The notes beneath the pieces were generated by a model. It had not been told where the DNA came from. It ran no database searches and saw only the letters and a program-made list of their open reading frames with translations. The position numbers and the translations under genes were made by a program. A stretch of 37,262 bases of DNA from a candidate division WOR-3 bacterium (GTDB taxonomy: Bacteria > Hydrothermota > Tepidihabitantia > SM23-42 > JAOAFX01): positions 1 through 37,262 of the forward strand of contig JBDRWI010000017.1 of NCBI GenBank assembly GCA_039802265.1, written 5' to 3'. Shown here piece after piece: positions 16,995 to 26,397 of this stretch (position 1 is its first letter; the number at the start of each line of letters is the position of its first letter).

Positions 16995-19900
16995 ATGGAG
17001 TTTAACCTACCGGAGTCAATTATCAACCGGCTCAGGCCCTATCTTGATAGCTATGGGGAGAATTGCCAGAAATTTTTAAATGCGGGTCATCATATCGAAA
17101 GTCGACTCCAGTCAAATTCAGAGATATTAAGTGAAATCCGTCACCAGTTTGATAATCTTTCAGCAACCGTGGAATTAGTATTTGAGGGCATCTCGGTCTT
17201 TGAAAACGAAATAAAGAAGGTAAAGGAATTACTTCAGGGCAGTATAACAGATTTTAATTCATCCCTGTCAATTCTTGCTCGGCTCAGTGACGACTTAAAG
17301 AAAATTACCGAAATATTTGACGAAATCAAGGAGTCGGGTTTGCAGCTTGCTGAGATAATAAAGAATATTAATATTGTTTCGGAGGGTATTGAGGTCGCTT
17401 CCCGCAATGCGGGAATAACCGCCTTTCATGCCGGACGGCAGGGGAGGGGTTTTGAGGTCATTGCCAGGGAGATGGGTCAGCTGGTGCGCATCTCCCGGAT
17501 TCCCACGCAAAAAATTCCCTTGACTTCCTCCGAGATTTTGAGGGGAATTGAAGAGCTTACTGCCGATCTAAAGAAAATTCAAGATATAATTTCAGATTTA
17601 AACGAGATTGCAAAGAGGTTTTCCGAAATTAACGCCGAGTTGCTTACAATTATCCCCTTTGTGGAAACGAGCCTTCAGGATATAGCGGCGAGCATTATCA
17701 CCCAGAAAGATTTACAGAAGGCGCTCATGAAGGAGAACGAGAAGCTACCGCAGTACCTATCTGAAATTTATAATATTACACGGTCATCTGCCGTTACTGA
17801 GATATTTCTGTCCGCCTTCTTTCAGCATATTAACAATATCAAAGATGGCCTCTTTACTGTTAAGGACACCGATTCATTTTATAGTTTACTTAATATTTTT
17901 AAGTCTATTCTTTTCAATATACCTGACTTTGCAGAACAGGTGGAAAGATTTTTAGACCTTTCTAATCTTAAAAAAATGGAAGTCCAGACATCGGACCGGC
18001 TTATTCTTCAGTTCGTTTCAGAGGCCAATCATCTCAATGAGATTATCTCGGCAATTGCCAACAAGGTTTTGGATTGGCTGAAGGTCTATGAGACGGCTAC
18101 CGGTGTCTTGAAAAGGGCAATGGATTTCTATAAAGTGATACTGGAGATTTTGGGATTATTGCAAAAGAAACTAATCTATCTGAAAGAATCAACCAAAAAG
18201 ATTGAAGAACCACTGCGGGAATTAAAAAGGATTACCGAACGTTCAAAATTGCTCGGACTTTATGCCCGGATTGAGAGCGCGCGCAGCGGTGAGTATGCTA
18301 CCTCATTGGGTGTTGTTACCGGTGAGATCAAAAATCTGTCCGAACGAATAAGAGATTTCGTTGGTAACATTGAATTGATTGAAAAGGAGATTGAACAGAA
18401 TTTTAAGACACTCATATCCTATTTTATATGTAGCACAAGCGATGTGGAGGAAGGTATCGGTGCAATTAAGTCAGCAGTCTCTTCCGTTGATGAGGGTAAT
18501 AATGTTTTAAAAAATCTTGATTCGCTCTCCAAAGAGATGCTTTCTTCAACAAGAAATATGGTGGCGCAATGTCGGACAATTGGCGAAAAGGTCAGAATCT
18601 TTAATGATGACTATCAGAGAATCGGAGAAGATTTTGCTGCCTATCTTGAGGCAGTGAAGTCGGGCAACGAAGATTGCAAAAAAATAACAGGTATAATTAA
18701 GGGATTTGAGAAGGACATCGCCATCGTAGTGAAACAGAAACACAGGACTCTTGTCTTCCGTGATACTACCGAACCCATAATTCTAGATCCAGCAAAAAAG
18801 ACTGACGCCACAAGCCATCAGGTAATAGAACAGATTTTTATTGGACTTCTGAGTTTTGATTCGGCAAATAATCTCATTCCCGGAATTGCCAAGTCTTTTT
18901 CTGTATCCCCTGACGGTCGTTTATGGAGTTTTTCCCTGCGAGAGAATGTTAAATTTCACGATAATTCTAAAGTAACCGCAGCGGCTGTAATAAATTCGTT
19001 CCAGCGGGTAAAGCTCGGTCCGAATGCAAACTTTATTGATTACATTGAAGATATGAAATTGATCAACGAAGGCGATGTTCAGTTTGTTTTGAAGTTTCCT
19101 TATATTCCCTTTCTGGCAAATCTTGCCTGTGGTGTCTGCGATATTGTGCCCCAGGATTTTTCCGAGAGCAATCCAGTTGGCTGTGGGCCTTATCGCTTTG
19201 TCCACTGGGAGAAAGGTCGAGAGATTATCCTTGAGGCCTTTGATGACTTTTTTGATGGGCGACCAGTCATAGACCGCTGTTTAATCAAGGTTATCCCCGA
19301 TGATAAAGAGGCGGTTGAGCGATTTAAAAAAGGTGAGATATCAATTATGAGTCTTTCGGTTGATATGATGGGTGAATTTCCTCCTGATGAGATAATCTCA
19401 GGCCCGGTTCTTTCTACTCAGTATATTTCAATTAATGTTGGACTTGATTCACCCTTTAAGGACCGCCGGGTTCGTCAGGCAATGAATTATGCGATTGACA
19501 AGGAATACTACACCAAGGTTCTTTTAAAAGGACAGGCAATTCCAGCCAAGGGTATTTTTCCCCCCAATCTACCAGCATACAATAAAAATCTTGTCGGTTA
19601 TCCCTACGATTTAAAAAAGGCAAGGGAATTGATGAGGGAGGCTGGTTTTGGCGCGGGCATAAAGGAAAGTTTTATCTTTGATATCCGGGAGGATGCAGAG
19701 GTAATCTACCGTGCCGAGTTTATCAGAGATTCACTGGCAAAGATTGGTATAAACTTAAAATTGAATCCCTTACCCTGGAAGGAATTTTTAGAAAAAACTT
19801 ACAGTGGTAAAAGCATATTGAGCCTGCGCGGATGGATTTCGGACAACGGTGACCCTGATAACTTCCTTTTTCTATTTCATACAAGGAGTTTCGGTTCATC

Positions 19901-20141
19901 TGGGAATACCTCTTTTTACTCAAATGCTGAGATTGATCATTTGATTGAGTCAGCCCGCGCCGAGCAGGTTGTAAAAAGGCGGATGGAATTGTATAAAAAG
20001 ATTGAAGAGATGTTGATTTTTGATGCCCCCTGGGTTTTCCTCTCGCACGGGGTTGAAAGTTTTGTGGTTCAAAAGAATATTGGTGGCTTCCGGGTTGATC
20101 CCTTTGGTCTGGTTCGCTTCAGAAATCTTTGGTGTGAATAG
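16995..20141 (+). CDS. Soluble chemoreceptor-like protein: two MCP signalling-like domains fused to a C-terminal ABC peptide/nickel substrate-binding (family 5) domain, 1048 aa
   Basis: MCP tip motifs NAGITAFHAGRQGRGFEVIAREM and LYARIESARSGEYATSLGVVTGEIKNLSER within heptad-rich helices. From about 18744 the SBP5 motifs are LDPA, PGIAKSFSVSPDG, LRENVKFHD, PVGCGPYRF, RVRQAMNYAID and GWISDNGDPDNFL. No signal peptide or obvious TM helix. Confidence 0.85.
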   Translation: MEFNLPESIINRLRPYLDSYGENCQKFLNAGHHIESRLQSNSEILSEIRHQFDNLSATVELVFEGISVFENEIKKVKELLQGSITDFNSSLSILARLSDDLKKITEIFDEIKESGLQLAEIIKNINIVSEGIEVASRNAGITAFHAGRQGRGFEVIAREMGQLVRISRIPTQKIPLTSSEILRGIEELTADLKKIQDIISDLNEIAKRFSEINAELLTIIPFVETSLQDIAASIITQKDLQKALMKENEKLPQYLSEIYNITRSSAVTEIFLSAFFQHINNIKDGLFTVKDTDSFYSLLNIFKSILFNIPDFAEQVERFLDLSNLKKMEVQTSDRLILQFVSEANHLNEIISAIANKVLDWLKVYETATGVLKRAMDFYKVILEILGLLQKKLIYLKESTKKIEEPLRELKRITERSKLLGLYARIESARSGEYATSLGVVTGEIKNLSERIRDFVGNIELIEKEIEQNFKTLISYFICSTSDVEEGIGAIKSAVSSVDEGNNVLKNLDSLSKEMLSSTRNMVAQCRTIGEKVRIFNDDYQRIGEDFAAYLEAVKSGNEDCKKITGIIKGFEKDIAIVVKQKHRTLVFRDTTEPIILDPAKKTDATSHQVIEQIFIGLLSFDSANNLIPGIAKSFSVSPDGRLWSFSLRENVKFHDNSKVTAAAVINSFQRVKLGPNANFIDYIEDMKLINEGDVQFVLKFPYIPFLANLACGVCDIVPQDFSESNPVGCGPYRFVHWEKGREIILEAFDDFFDGRPVIDRCLIKVIPDDKEAVERFKKGEISIMSLSVDMMGEFPPDEIISGPVLSTQYISINVGLDSPFKDRRVRQAMNYAIDKEYYTKVLLKGQAIPAKGIFPPNLPAYNKNLVGYPYDLKKARELMREAGFGAGIKESFIFDIREDAEVIYRAEFIRDSLAKIGINLKLNPLPWKEFLEKTYSGKSILSLRGWISDNGDPDNFLFLFHTRSFGSSGNTSFYSNAEIDHLIESARAEQVVKRRMELYKKIEEMLIFDAPWVFLSHGVESFVVQKNIGGFRVDPFGLVRFRNLWCE

Positions 20142-20564
20142 ATGGAGACTTTGATTGTCTTTAAGATTGCCGAAGAAAAACTTGGACTTGATATTACCAA
20201 GGTTCGTGAGGTGACTGAAATAAAAGACCTGGTTCCGGTCCCCCAGGCACCGAACTTTCTGACCGGTCTGGTAAATGTGCGGGGTGAGATTGTTCCAGTT
20301 CTTTCCCTTAAGAAACGGTTTGGTTTAGAAAAGATTGAAGAGAGTAATGTATTGTTAGTTGTTGAGGACAAAGGGCGGATAGCCGGAATACGGGTTGACT
20401 CTCTTTTGGGAACAAAGAAAATTGATGAAAATAAAATCAACAGAAGTTCTGAGATTATTTCAACGAAAAAAGAAAAGGATTTCTTCCTCGGTGTTCTGGA
20501 GACTGAGGAGAGTCCGATACTCATTTTGGATTTGGCAAAGATTTTGTCAAAAAAGGGGGATTGA
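20142..20564 (+). CDS. cheW: Chemotaxis coupling protein CheW
   Basis: LIVFKI...GLDITKVREV, VPQAPNFLTGLVNVRGEIVPVLSL and GIRVD. Confidence 0.95.
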   Translation: METLIVFKIAEEKLGLDITKVREVTEIKDLVPVPQAPNFLTGLVNVRGEIVPVLSLKKRFGLEKIEESNVLLVVEDKGRIAGIRVDSLLGTKKIDENKINRSSEIISTKKEKDFFLGVLETEESPILILDLAKILSKKGD

Positions 20565-20586
20565 TGAATTTTTATAAGGAGGATAG

Positions 20587-20946
20587 ATGAGAGTTTTAAT
20601 TGTGGACGACGCAATGTTTATGCGTCGTATGCTCAGTGACATTTTAGAAAAGGGTGGACATACAGTCTGTGGCGAGGCAGCAACTGGAAAAGAGGCAGTA
20701 GAAAAATATAAAGAATTGAAGCCCGATTTGGTCACGATGGATATCATTATGCCGGATATGAGCGGTATTGAGGCAGTAAAGGAGATAAAGAAGTTTGACC
20801 CCAAGGCAAAGATTCTTATGGTTTCAGCAATGGGTCAGCAGGCGCTGGTGCTGGAGGCGGTACAGGCAGGGGCAGTTGACTATGTTGTTAAACCCTTTCA
20901 GCCATCGCGGGTTTTGGAGTCCATTGAGCGGATAACGAAAAAATGA
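20587..20946 (+). CDS. cheY: Single-domain response regulator CheY
   Basis: VLIVDDAMFMR, PDLVTMDIIMPDMSG, VSAMGQQ and VVKPF (Thermotoga/Bacillus-like CheY); SD AAGGAGG. Confidence 0.93.
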   Translation: MRVLIVDDAMFMRRMLSDILEKGGHTVCGEAATGKEAVEKYKELKPDLVTMDIIMPDMSGIEAVKEIKKFDPKAKILMVSAMGQQALVLEAVQAGAVDYVVKPFQPSRVLESIERITKK

Positions 20947-20978
20947 ACTTCCGGGGAATTCTGTATAGTCTTTAAATT

Positions 20979-22484
20979 ATGGAAGAATATTTAGAGCTCT
21001 TCATCAGCGAAACCGAGTCATACATAAAACAGATGAATGACCAGCTCTTAATTTTAGAAGGTAACAATCGGAATAAAGATTCTATCCTTGAAGTTTTTCG
21101 CATTTTGCACACCATAAAAGGGATGGCACAGACAATGGGTTTTGAAGAAATTGCGACTGTTTCCCACAAGGCTGAAGACCTCCTCGGTGATGCTAAAAGT
21201 AAGGGTGAAATCAATCCCCGGGTCCTGTCATTTCTCTTTACAGTTGCTGATTACATAGCCAATGCAGTGCAGATGATAAAAGAGAAAAATCCGTTACCGG
21301 ATCCCCAGCAGATTGTTCAAGTCCTTGAAGAGCTTGCCCGTGGTAAAGAAATAGAATTTAGTGGTCAGGGAATTACGACAAGGGAAATCTCTGAGATAAG
21401 AATAAAGACAGAAAAACTGGATAAACTCTTTAATCTTACCAACGAATTACTTATTACTCGCTCCAGACTTCTTATGGTTAGCCAAAAAATTGGTGATAGT
21501 GAAATGGTTGATGTTTGCGAAACAGCCGGAAGGTTAATATCGGCATTGCAGGATGAGGTTATGCGATTGCGAATGCTTCCTGTTTCTACAGTCTTTGATT
21601 TCTTCCCACGCTGGGTAAGGGATGAGGCAAAGAGGCAGAATAAAGAAGTTGATTTTGTTATTAGCGGTGGTGAACTGGAAGTGGACCGTTCCATAATTGA
21701 TGTTTTAAAAGAGCCGATTATGCATCTTTTGCGGAATGCCCTTGACCATGGCATTGAAAAGAAGGGAAGGATTACACTTGCTGCCCAAAAAGAAAAGGAG
21801 TTTGTCAGAATCAGTGTCAGTGATGATGGTCGGGGTATTGATCCGGAAGAGATAAGGGAAAAGGCAATAGAGAAAAAGATTGTTGAGCCGATGGTTGCCC
21901 AGCGTTTAACAAAGGATGAGCTATATAGGTTGCTCTTAAGACCAGATTTTTCAACCAAGAAGGAGACCACCGAGATTTCTGGTCGTGGGATAGGGCTGGA
22001 TATCGTATATTCCACGGTTACCGAACTGGGCGGCCGAGTGGAGATTGCCTCGGAAAAGGGTAAGGGTTCAATTTTTACCATTGAATTACCACTCAGTCTT
22101 GCCGTTCAGCGTGCGATGGTCTTTGCGTTGGATGGTCAGCGTTTTGCCATTCCTTTAAATTATATAACCGAATCATTTTATATTGAAGAAAGTGAAATAA
22201 AGACAGTTTATGGTCGGGAATTGATTGCATTGAGGGATGATATCCTGCCCCTTGTGCGTCCGGGTAACAGGTTGAATTGTGTTTCCCGTCCCGGCCGAAA
22301 ATCAGTGATTGTTGTTCGTTATCGTAACACCCAGAGGGGTTTTGTTGTTGATGAGATTATTGCTGAGGATGAACTGGTGGTAAAGAAGATTGACCCGCTT
22401 CTGCCCGGCTCACTCTATGCTGGTTGTGCAATCTATGCAGATGGCAAGCCGATTTTAATTTTAGAGCCAAGGGGGTTTGAATGA
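20979..22484 (+). CDS. cheA: Chemotaxis histidine kinase CheA (P1-P3-P4-P5, no P2)
   Basis: Hpt FRILHTIKGMA, dimerisation LDKLFNLTNELLI, N box HLLRNALDHGIE, G1 DDGRGID, G2 SGRGIGLDIV and C-terminal CheW-like P5; only 501 aa. Confidence 0.95.
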   Translation: MEEYLELFISETESYIKQMNDQLLILEGNNRNKDSILEVFRILHTIKGMAQTMGFEEIATVSHKAEDLLGDAKSKGEINPRVLSFLFTVADYIANAVQMIKEKNPLPDPQQIVQVLEELARGKEIEFSGQGITTREISEIRIKTEKLDKLFNLTNELLITRSRLLMVSQKIGDSEMVDVCETAGRLISALQDEVMRLRMLPVSTVFDFFPRWVRDEAKRQNKEVDFVISGGELEVDRSIIDVLKEPIMHLLRNALDHGIEKKGRITLAAQKEKEFVRISVSDDGRGIDPEEIREKAIEKKIVEPMVAQRLTKDELYRLLLRPDFSTKKETTEISGRGIGLDIVYSTVTELGGRVEIASEKGKGSIFTIELPLSLAVQRAMVFALDGQRFAIPLNYITESFYIEESEIKTVYGRELIALRDDILPLVRPGNRLNCVSRPGRKSVIVVRYRNTQRGFVVDEIIAEDELVVKKIDPLLPGSLYAGCAIYADGKPILILEPRGFE

Positions 22485-23089
22485 TTGATACCAAAAACCT
22501 GACACCAAGGCAACTTGACGCACTGACCGAGGTTGCAAACATTGGCGGAGGTCATGCAGCCACTTCCCTGTCTCAGTTACTGGGTAAGAAGGTAATGATC
22601 AGGGTACCCACTCTCTTTACCGGTCCATTAGAAGATGTAATCCTGAAGATTGCCGACCCCAATGATGTTGTTGCCTCGGTACTGCTTTATTTCCTTGGTG
22701 ATCTTACCGGTCGGACCCTTCTCATCTATCCCTATGAAGATGCCCAAGAATTGACAAATCTTTTAATGCCGGAAAATCAGGAGAGTACATTAGAATTACA
22801 GGAATCGTTATTGAAGGAAGTTTCCAATATTCTATCCTGTTCGTATATGAATGCCCTTGGTGAGTTATTGGGACTTCTGATACTACCTTCGGTACCGGGA
22901 ATGATTATTGATATGGTCGGTGCAGTTCTTTCCAGTGTCATTGTTGAGTTTGGTCATGAAAAGGACTTTATCTTCTGTATTGAGACGGAATTTGATTTTG
23001 GTGATGTAAGTAAACCATTGCGTGCCTATTTCCTCCTCCTTCCTGATACTTCAAGTTTAGAATTGATTCTTAAAAAACTTAATGTATAA
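22481..23089 (+). CDS. cheC: CheY-P phosphatase CheC
   Basis: Two ExxN motifs: LDALTEVANIGGGHAATSLS and SLLKEVSNILSCSYMNAL; SVP motif. Confidence 0.93.
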   Translation: MIDTKNLTPRQLDALTEVANIGGGHAATSLSQLLGKKVMIRVPTLFTGPLEDVILKIADPNDVVASVLLYFLGDLTGRTLLIYPYEDAQELTNLLMPENQESTLELQESLLKEVSNILSCSYMNALGELLGLLILPSVPGMIIDMVGAVLSSVIVEFGHEKDFIFCIETEFDFGDVSKPLRAYFLLLPDTSSLELILKKLNV

Positions 23090-23094
23090 TTTTT

Positions 23095-25479
23095 ATGATA
23101 TCGCCTGAGGAATATAAGATACTCAAGAGTTTTGCCGAGCGAATTCCGGATAATGACCCCGGGGCACACAATAATCTTGCAGTGGTTTATTACAACAAGG
23201 GTCTTTATGAAGAGGCAATTGCCGAACTGGAGAAGGCACTGGCGATAGACCCGAACTTTCTACTTGCCCGAAACAATCTGGAGATTATCTTAAAAAAATC
23301 GGGACGCCTGGAAAATAAGGTAAAGGAACTTGCCTACCGCATTGAATCGGAGCCTTTTGATGAGATAAAGACACTGGAACTTGCGGATACATATCGTAAA
23401 TTGAATCGCTATTCCCAGGCAATAATCTTCTACCGAAAGGTCTTGGATTTTAATCCTGGCTCTTATGAGGCACATTTTGGTTTAGGATTGACCCTCAAGA
23501 GTCTTGGCAAATACGATGATGCCCTTGAGGAGATAAAGAAGAGTCTGGAGATAAAGATTTCACCGGAGGGCTACAGGGTTTTGGGTGAGATTTATTTCAA
23601 TAAGGGGGCAATCGACCTGGCAATTAAGAACTTTCAGGAATCCCTTCTTTTGGACCCGGATTCAGCCGAGACCCACTTCTTTCTGGGGTTTGCCCTTGGT
23701 GAAAAGGGAAAACATAAAGAGGGAAGAGAAGAGGTTAGAAAGGCGATAGAGTTGAATCCGGCACTGGCGCAATTTGAACCCAATTTACCCATAGAAATAA
23801 AGGAGCACAAAAGCCACCTTGATTTTCTAAAAGAGCAACTGGGAGTGCCCAAACCATCGGTCAATGAGTATCAGGTCCACTATAACCTCGGTTTGACCTA
23901 TCGCAATAAAGGTCTTTTTACCGAAGCCCGGCGTGAATTTGAAGATTGTCTGAAGATAAAATCCGATGATGTTGATCTCTATGTAATGATGGGTGAGGTC
24001 TCAATCTTTCTTGAAAAATTTGATGACGCATTAAATTATTTTGAGCGCGGTCTACAGCTTGACCCGCTTCAGCCAAGGTGTGCGAATGGCTTGGGAATTG
24101 TCTTTTTAAAGAGGCATGATTACAAACAGGCTCAGGGCTGGTTTGAAAAGGCATTAGCCTGGGATAAAGGCTTGCTTTCCGCATTGAATAACCTGGCAGT
24201 TATTCAGCTGGTTCAAAACAATCTTGAGGAGGCAATAAAGAATTTTACGACGGCAAAAGATGCTGGGAACGAAGAGGCGAAATATAATCTTGGTGTCTAT
24301 TATCTCAAAAATGGGGACTATGAAGGTGTATTAAAGTTATTTAATGAAGATACGGTTGATGGTAATTTCTTAAGGGGATTGGTCTTTGCAGAATTGGGAC
24401 GGGATGATGAGGCGGTTAGCTGTTTCAACGGAGTGATTAACCGCGCACCCAACTATGCCGGTGCATACTACAATTTGGGATTTCTTTATATGAAGATGGG
24501 AAGGTTTGAAGAAGGACTTTCCTTTATCCGTAAGGGTATGGAGATCGAGCCAAATTACGAAAAGGAAAAATTTCGGCTGTCTTTAGCCCCTGAGCTTTAT
24601 GAATATGGCTTGTTCTACCAGGCACCCAAGCCCGAAGAAAAACTGGTTGAAGAAATAGAAGAGGTCTTCCCCAAACTTGAAATTCCCACTGCCGAGAATT
24701 TTATCGCTGAGGCAGAGCGTCTCCTTGGCAACAAAAATTTCGAAAAGGCGCTGGAGATGGTGGACGAGGCAATCAAAATCAATCCCGATTTAAGTTCGGC
24801 GGTTGTCCTCAAGAGCAAAATCTTGTTTCAGTCTGACAATATTGAAGATGCAATCAATCTACTCAATACCTTTACGCAGACTCATCCTGATGATACCGCG
24901 ACCATCGCGGCTTTGGCGGGTTATCTCAAATCATTGGGAAGGTTGAAGCAGGCAAAGGATAAGTATCAACGCCTTCTTGAGTTGGAACCTGAAAATGTTA
25001 CCTGGCTTTCCGAGATTGGTGATATTTTCTATTCCCTTGATGAGATTGATGAGGCATTTGCTACATATAGAAAGTTATTATCAATTGATAGCAAAAATGT
25101 GAATGCTCATTTGGGTCTCCTTAAGGTCCATTTGAAGAAAAAAGATTTAGACCGTGCGAAGGAATTTGTTGATTTCTTTGAGCGGGAAGGCGTCAATTCG
25201 TATGAAGCCAATCTTTGCGTTGGCATCTACTGGTTGGAAAGGAATAATCGTGAAAGGGCAAGAAGTTATTTAGAAAAGGCAATTGAAATTGACCCGTCAA
25301 AGCCCCTTCCTTATTATCATCTCGGTCTTTTGTTTGTTAACGAAGGCAAATTTGATGAGGCCTGTACAAACTGGAAGAAGGCACTCCTTTTAAGCCCCAA
25401 TGAGGAACTGGCGAATAAGATAAGCCATTGCCTCAGCATTACGATGGAAATGATGGAATTTTTAAAGAAAGAGATTTAA
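23095..25479 (+). CDS. Large tetratricopeptide repeat protein (794 aa)
   Basis: Many TPRs, e.g. AHNNLAVVYYNKGLYEEAIAELEKALAIDP, HYNLGLTYRNKG and AYYNLGFLYMKMGRFEE; no signal peptide. Confidence 0.9.
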   Translation: MISPEEYKILKSFAERIPDNDPGAHNNLAVVYYNKGLYEEAIAELEKALAIDPNFLLARNNLEIILKKSGRLENKVKELAYRIESEPFDEIKTLELADTYRKLNRYSQAIIFYRKVLDFNPGSYEAHFGLGLTLKSLGKYDDALEEIKKSLEIKISPEGYRVLGEIYFNKGAIDLAIKNFQESLLLDPDSAETHFFLGFALGEKGKHKEGREEVRKAIELNPALAQFEPNLPIEIKEHKSHLDFLKEQLGVPKPSVNEYQVHYNLGLTYRNKGLFTEARREFEDCLKIKSDDVDLYVMMGEVSIFLEKFDDALNYFERGLQLDPLQPRCANGLGIVFLKRHDYKQAQGWFEKALAWDKGLLSALNNLAVIQLVQNNLEEAIKNFTTAKDAGNEEAKYNLGVYYLKNGDYEGVLKLFNEDTVDGNFLRGLVFAELGRDDEAVSCFNGVINRAPNYAGAYYNLGFLYMKMGRFEEGLSFIRKGMEIEPNYEKEKFRLSLAPELYEYGLFYQAPKPEEKLVEEIEEVFPKLEIPTAENFIAEAERLLGNKNFEKALEMVDEAIKINPDLSSAVVLKSKILFQSDNIEDAINLLNTFTQTHPDDTATIAALAGYLKSLGRLKQAKDKYQRLLELEPENVTWLSEIGDIFYSLDEIDEAFATYRKLLSIDSKNVNAHLGLLKVHLKKKDLDRAKEFVDFFEREGVNSYEANLCVGIYWLERNNRERARSYLEKAIEIDPSKPLPYYHLGLLFVNEGKFDEACTNWKKALLLSPNEELANKISHCLSITMEMMEFLKKEI

Positions 25480-25494
25480 GCAGGTAGGTAAAAG

Positions 25495-26397
25495 ATGGCA
25501 GACGAATTGATTATGGACTCCAAGGCCCTGATCTTTGCAACACTGGCCGATGTCTATCTCAGTTCCGGGATGATTGATGAAGCAATTTCAATCCTGCAAG
25601 ATGGTTTGACCAGGAATCCAAACTATACACTGGCAAAGGTTATCCTGGGACGGGCATATTATTTAAAGGGCAACATTGATGAGGCATTGAAAATTCTACA
25701 GGAGAATTATGAATCGGCCAAAGGAAGCGAGACCTTGAATCTCTATCTCGGACATTGCTACAAAAAGAAGGGGGAATATGAGAAGGCAATTGGTTATTAT
25801 GAAGCGGTACTCAAAATAAATCCCGAAAATCGTGAGGCGAAGGAGTCATTGGAGGTCTTGAAACCAACTCAACCATTGCAAAAGCCCGCATCTGAAGCAA
25901 TTGTTGAACAACCACCAGCAAAACCCCAGCCGGAGATGGTTGCCATTCCGAAGACCGATGTTGAACCCACTGCACCGACCGAGCTATTACCAGAACTCGG
26001 ACTTGAACCAATGCCTGCCCGGGCGGTTGAAGTGCCCGCACCCCTTGAGGCACTCAATGAACCGATGGGTCGCCTTCTGGAGATAAAGTCAGTGAAGGGG
26101 GCATTTATCCTTTCCCGTGATGGCCTTTTGATTCAGAACTATTATGCGGCGAGAACTGATTTGGAAGAAATCTGCGCCTTAATCGCGGGTATATTCAATG
26201 AGGCTGATGAGGCATTTAAATTCTTGAAATGTGGGGCACTGGAAAGATGTATTATTGAGAAGAAGGAAGAGACAATCTGTGTTATTACGGCCGGTGAGTC
26301 GTTGCTCTGTATTATTACAAAACCCGAGGCAAAGCCCGGGCTTGTCTTTTTGTATGCAAAGAAGATTATTGAGGAAATCAGGAAGGTATTAGGATGA
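25495..26397 (+). CDS. TPR - proline-rich linker - Roadblock/LC7 (MglB-like) fusion protein
   Basis: Three N-terminal TPRs, a P/E/A-rich linker, then VKGAFILSRDGLLI...ICALIAGIF...LLCIITKPEAKPGLV (Roadblock pattern). Confidence 0.85.
   Translation: MADELIMDSKALIFATLADVYLSSGMIDEAISILQDGLTRNPNYTLAKVILGRAYYLKGNIDEALKILQENYESAKGSETLNLYLGHCYKKKGEYEKAIGYYEAVLKINPENREAKESLEVLKPTQPLQKPASEAIVEQPPAKPQPEMVAIPKTDVEPTAPTELLPELGLEPMPARAVEVPAPLEALNEPMGRLLEIKSVKGAFILSRDGLLIQNYYAARTDLEEICALIAGIFNEADEAFKFLKCGALERCIIEKKEETICVITAGESLLCIITKPEAKPGLVFLYAKKIIEEIRKVLG

Noticed and set aside
18744..20141. Stand-alone ABC peptide transporter binding protein or transporter operon
   Set aside because: It is in frame with the MCP-like region, has no own start or signal peptide, and no permease or ATPase genes follow.
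21365..22081. 238-aa antisense ORF inside cheA, and similar shadows at 15815-16282, 20069-20614, 28906-29478 and 35195-35647
   Set aside because: They lie wholly or largely opposite well-supported genes, have S/F/I-rich composition typical of antisense frames, and show no recognisable motifs.
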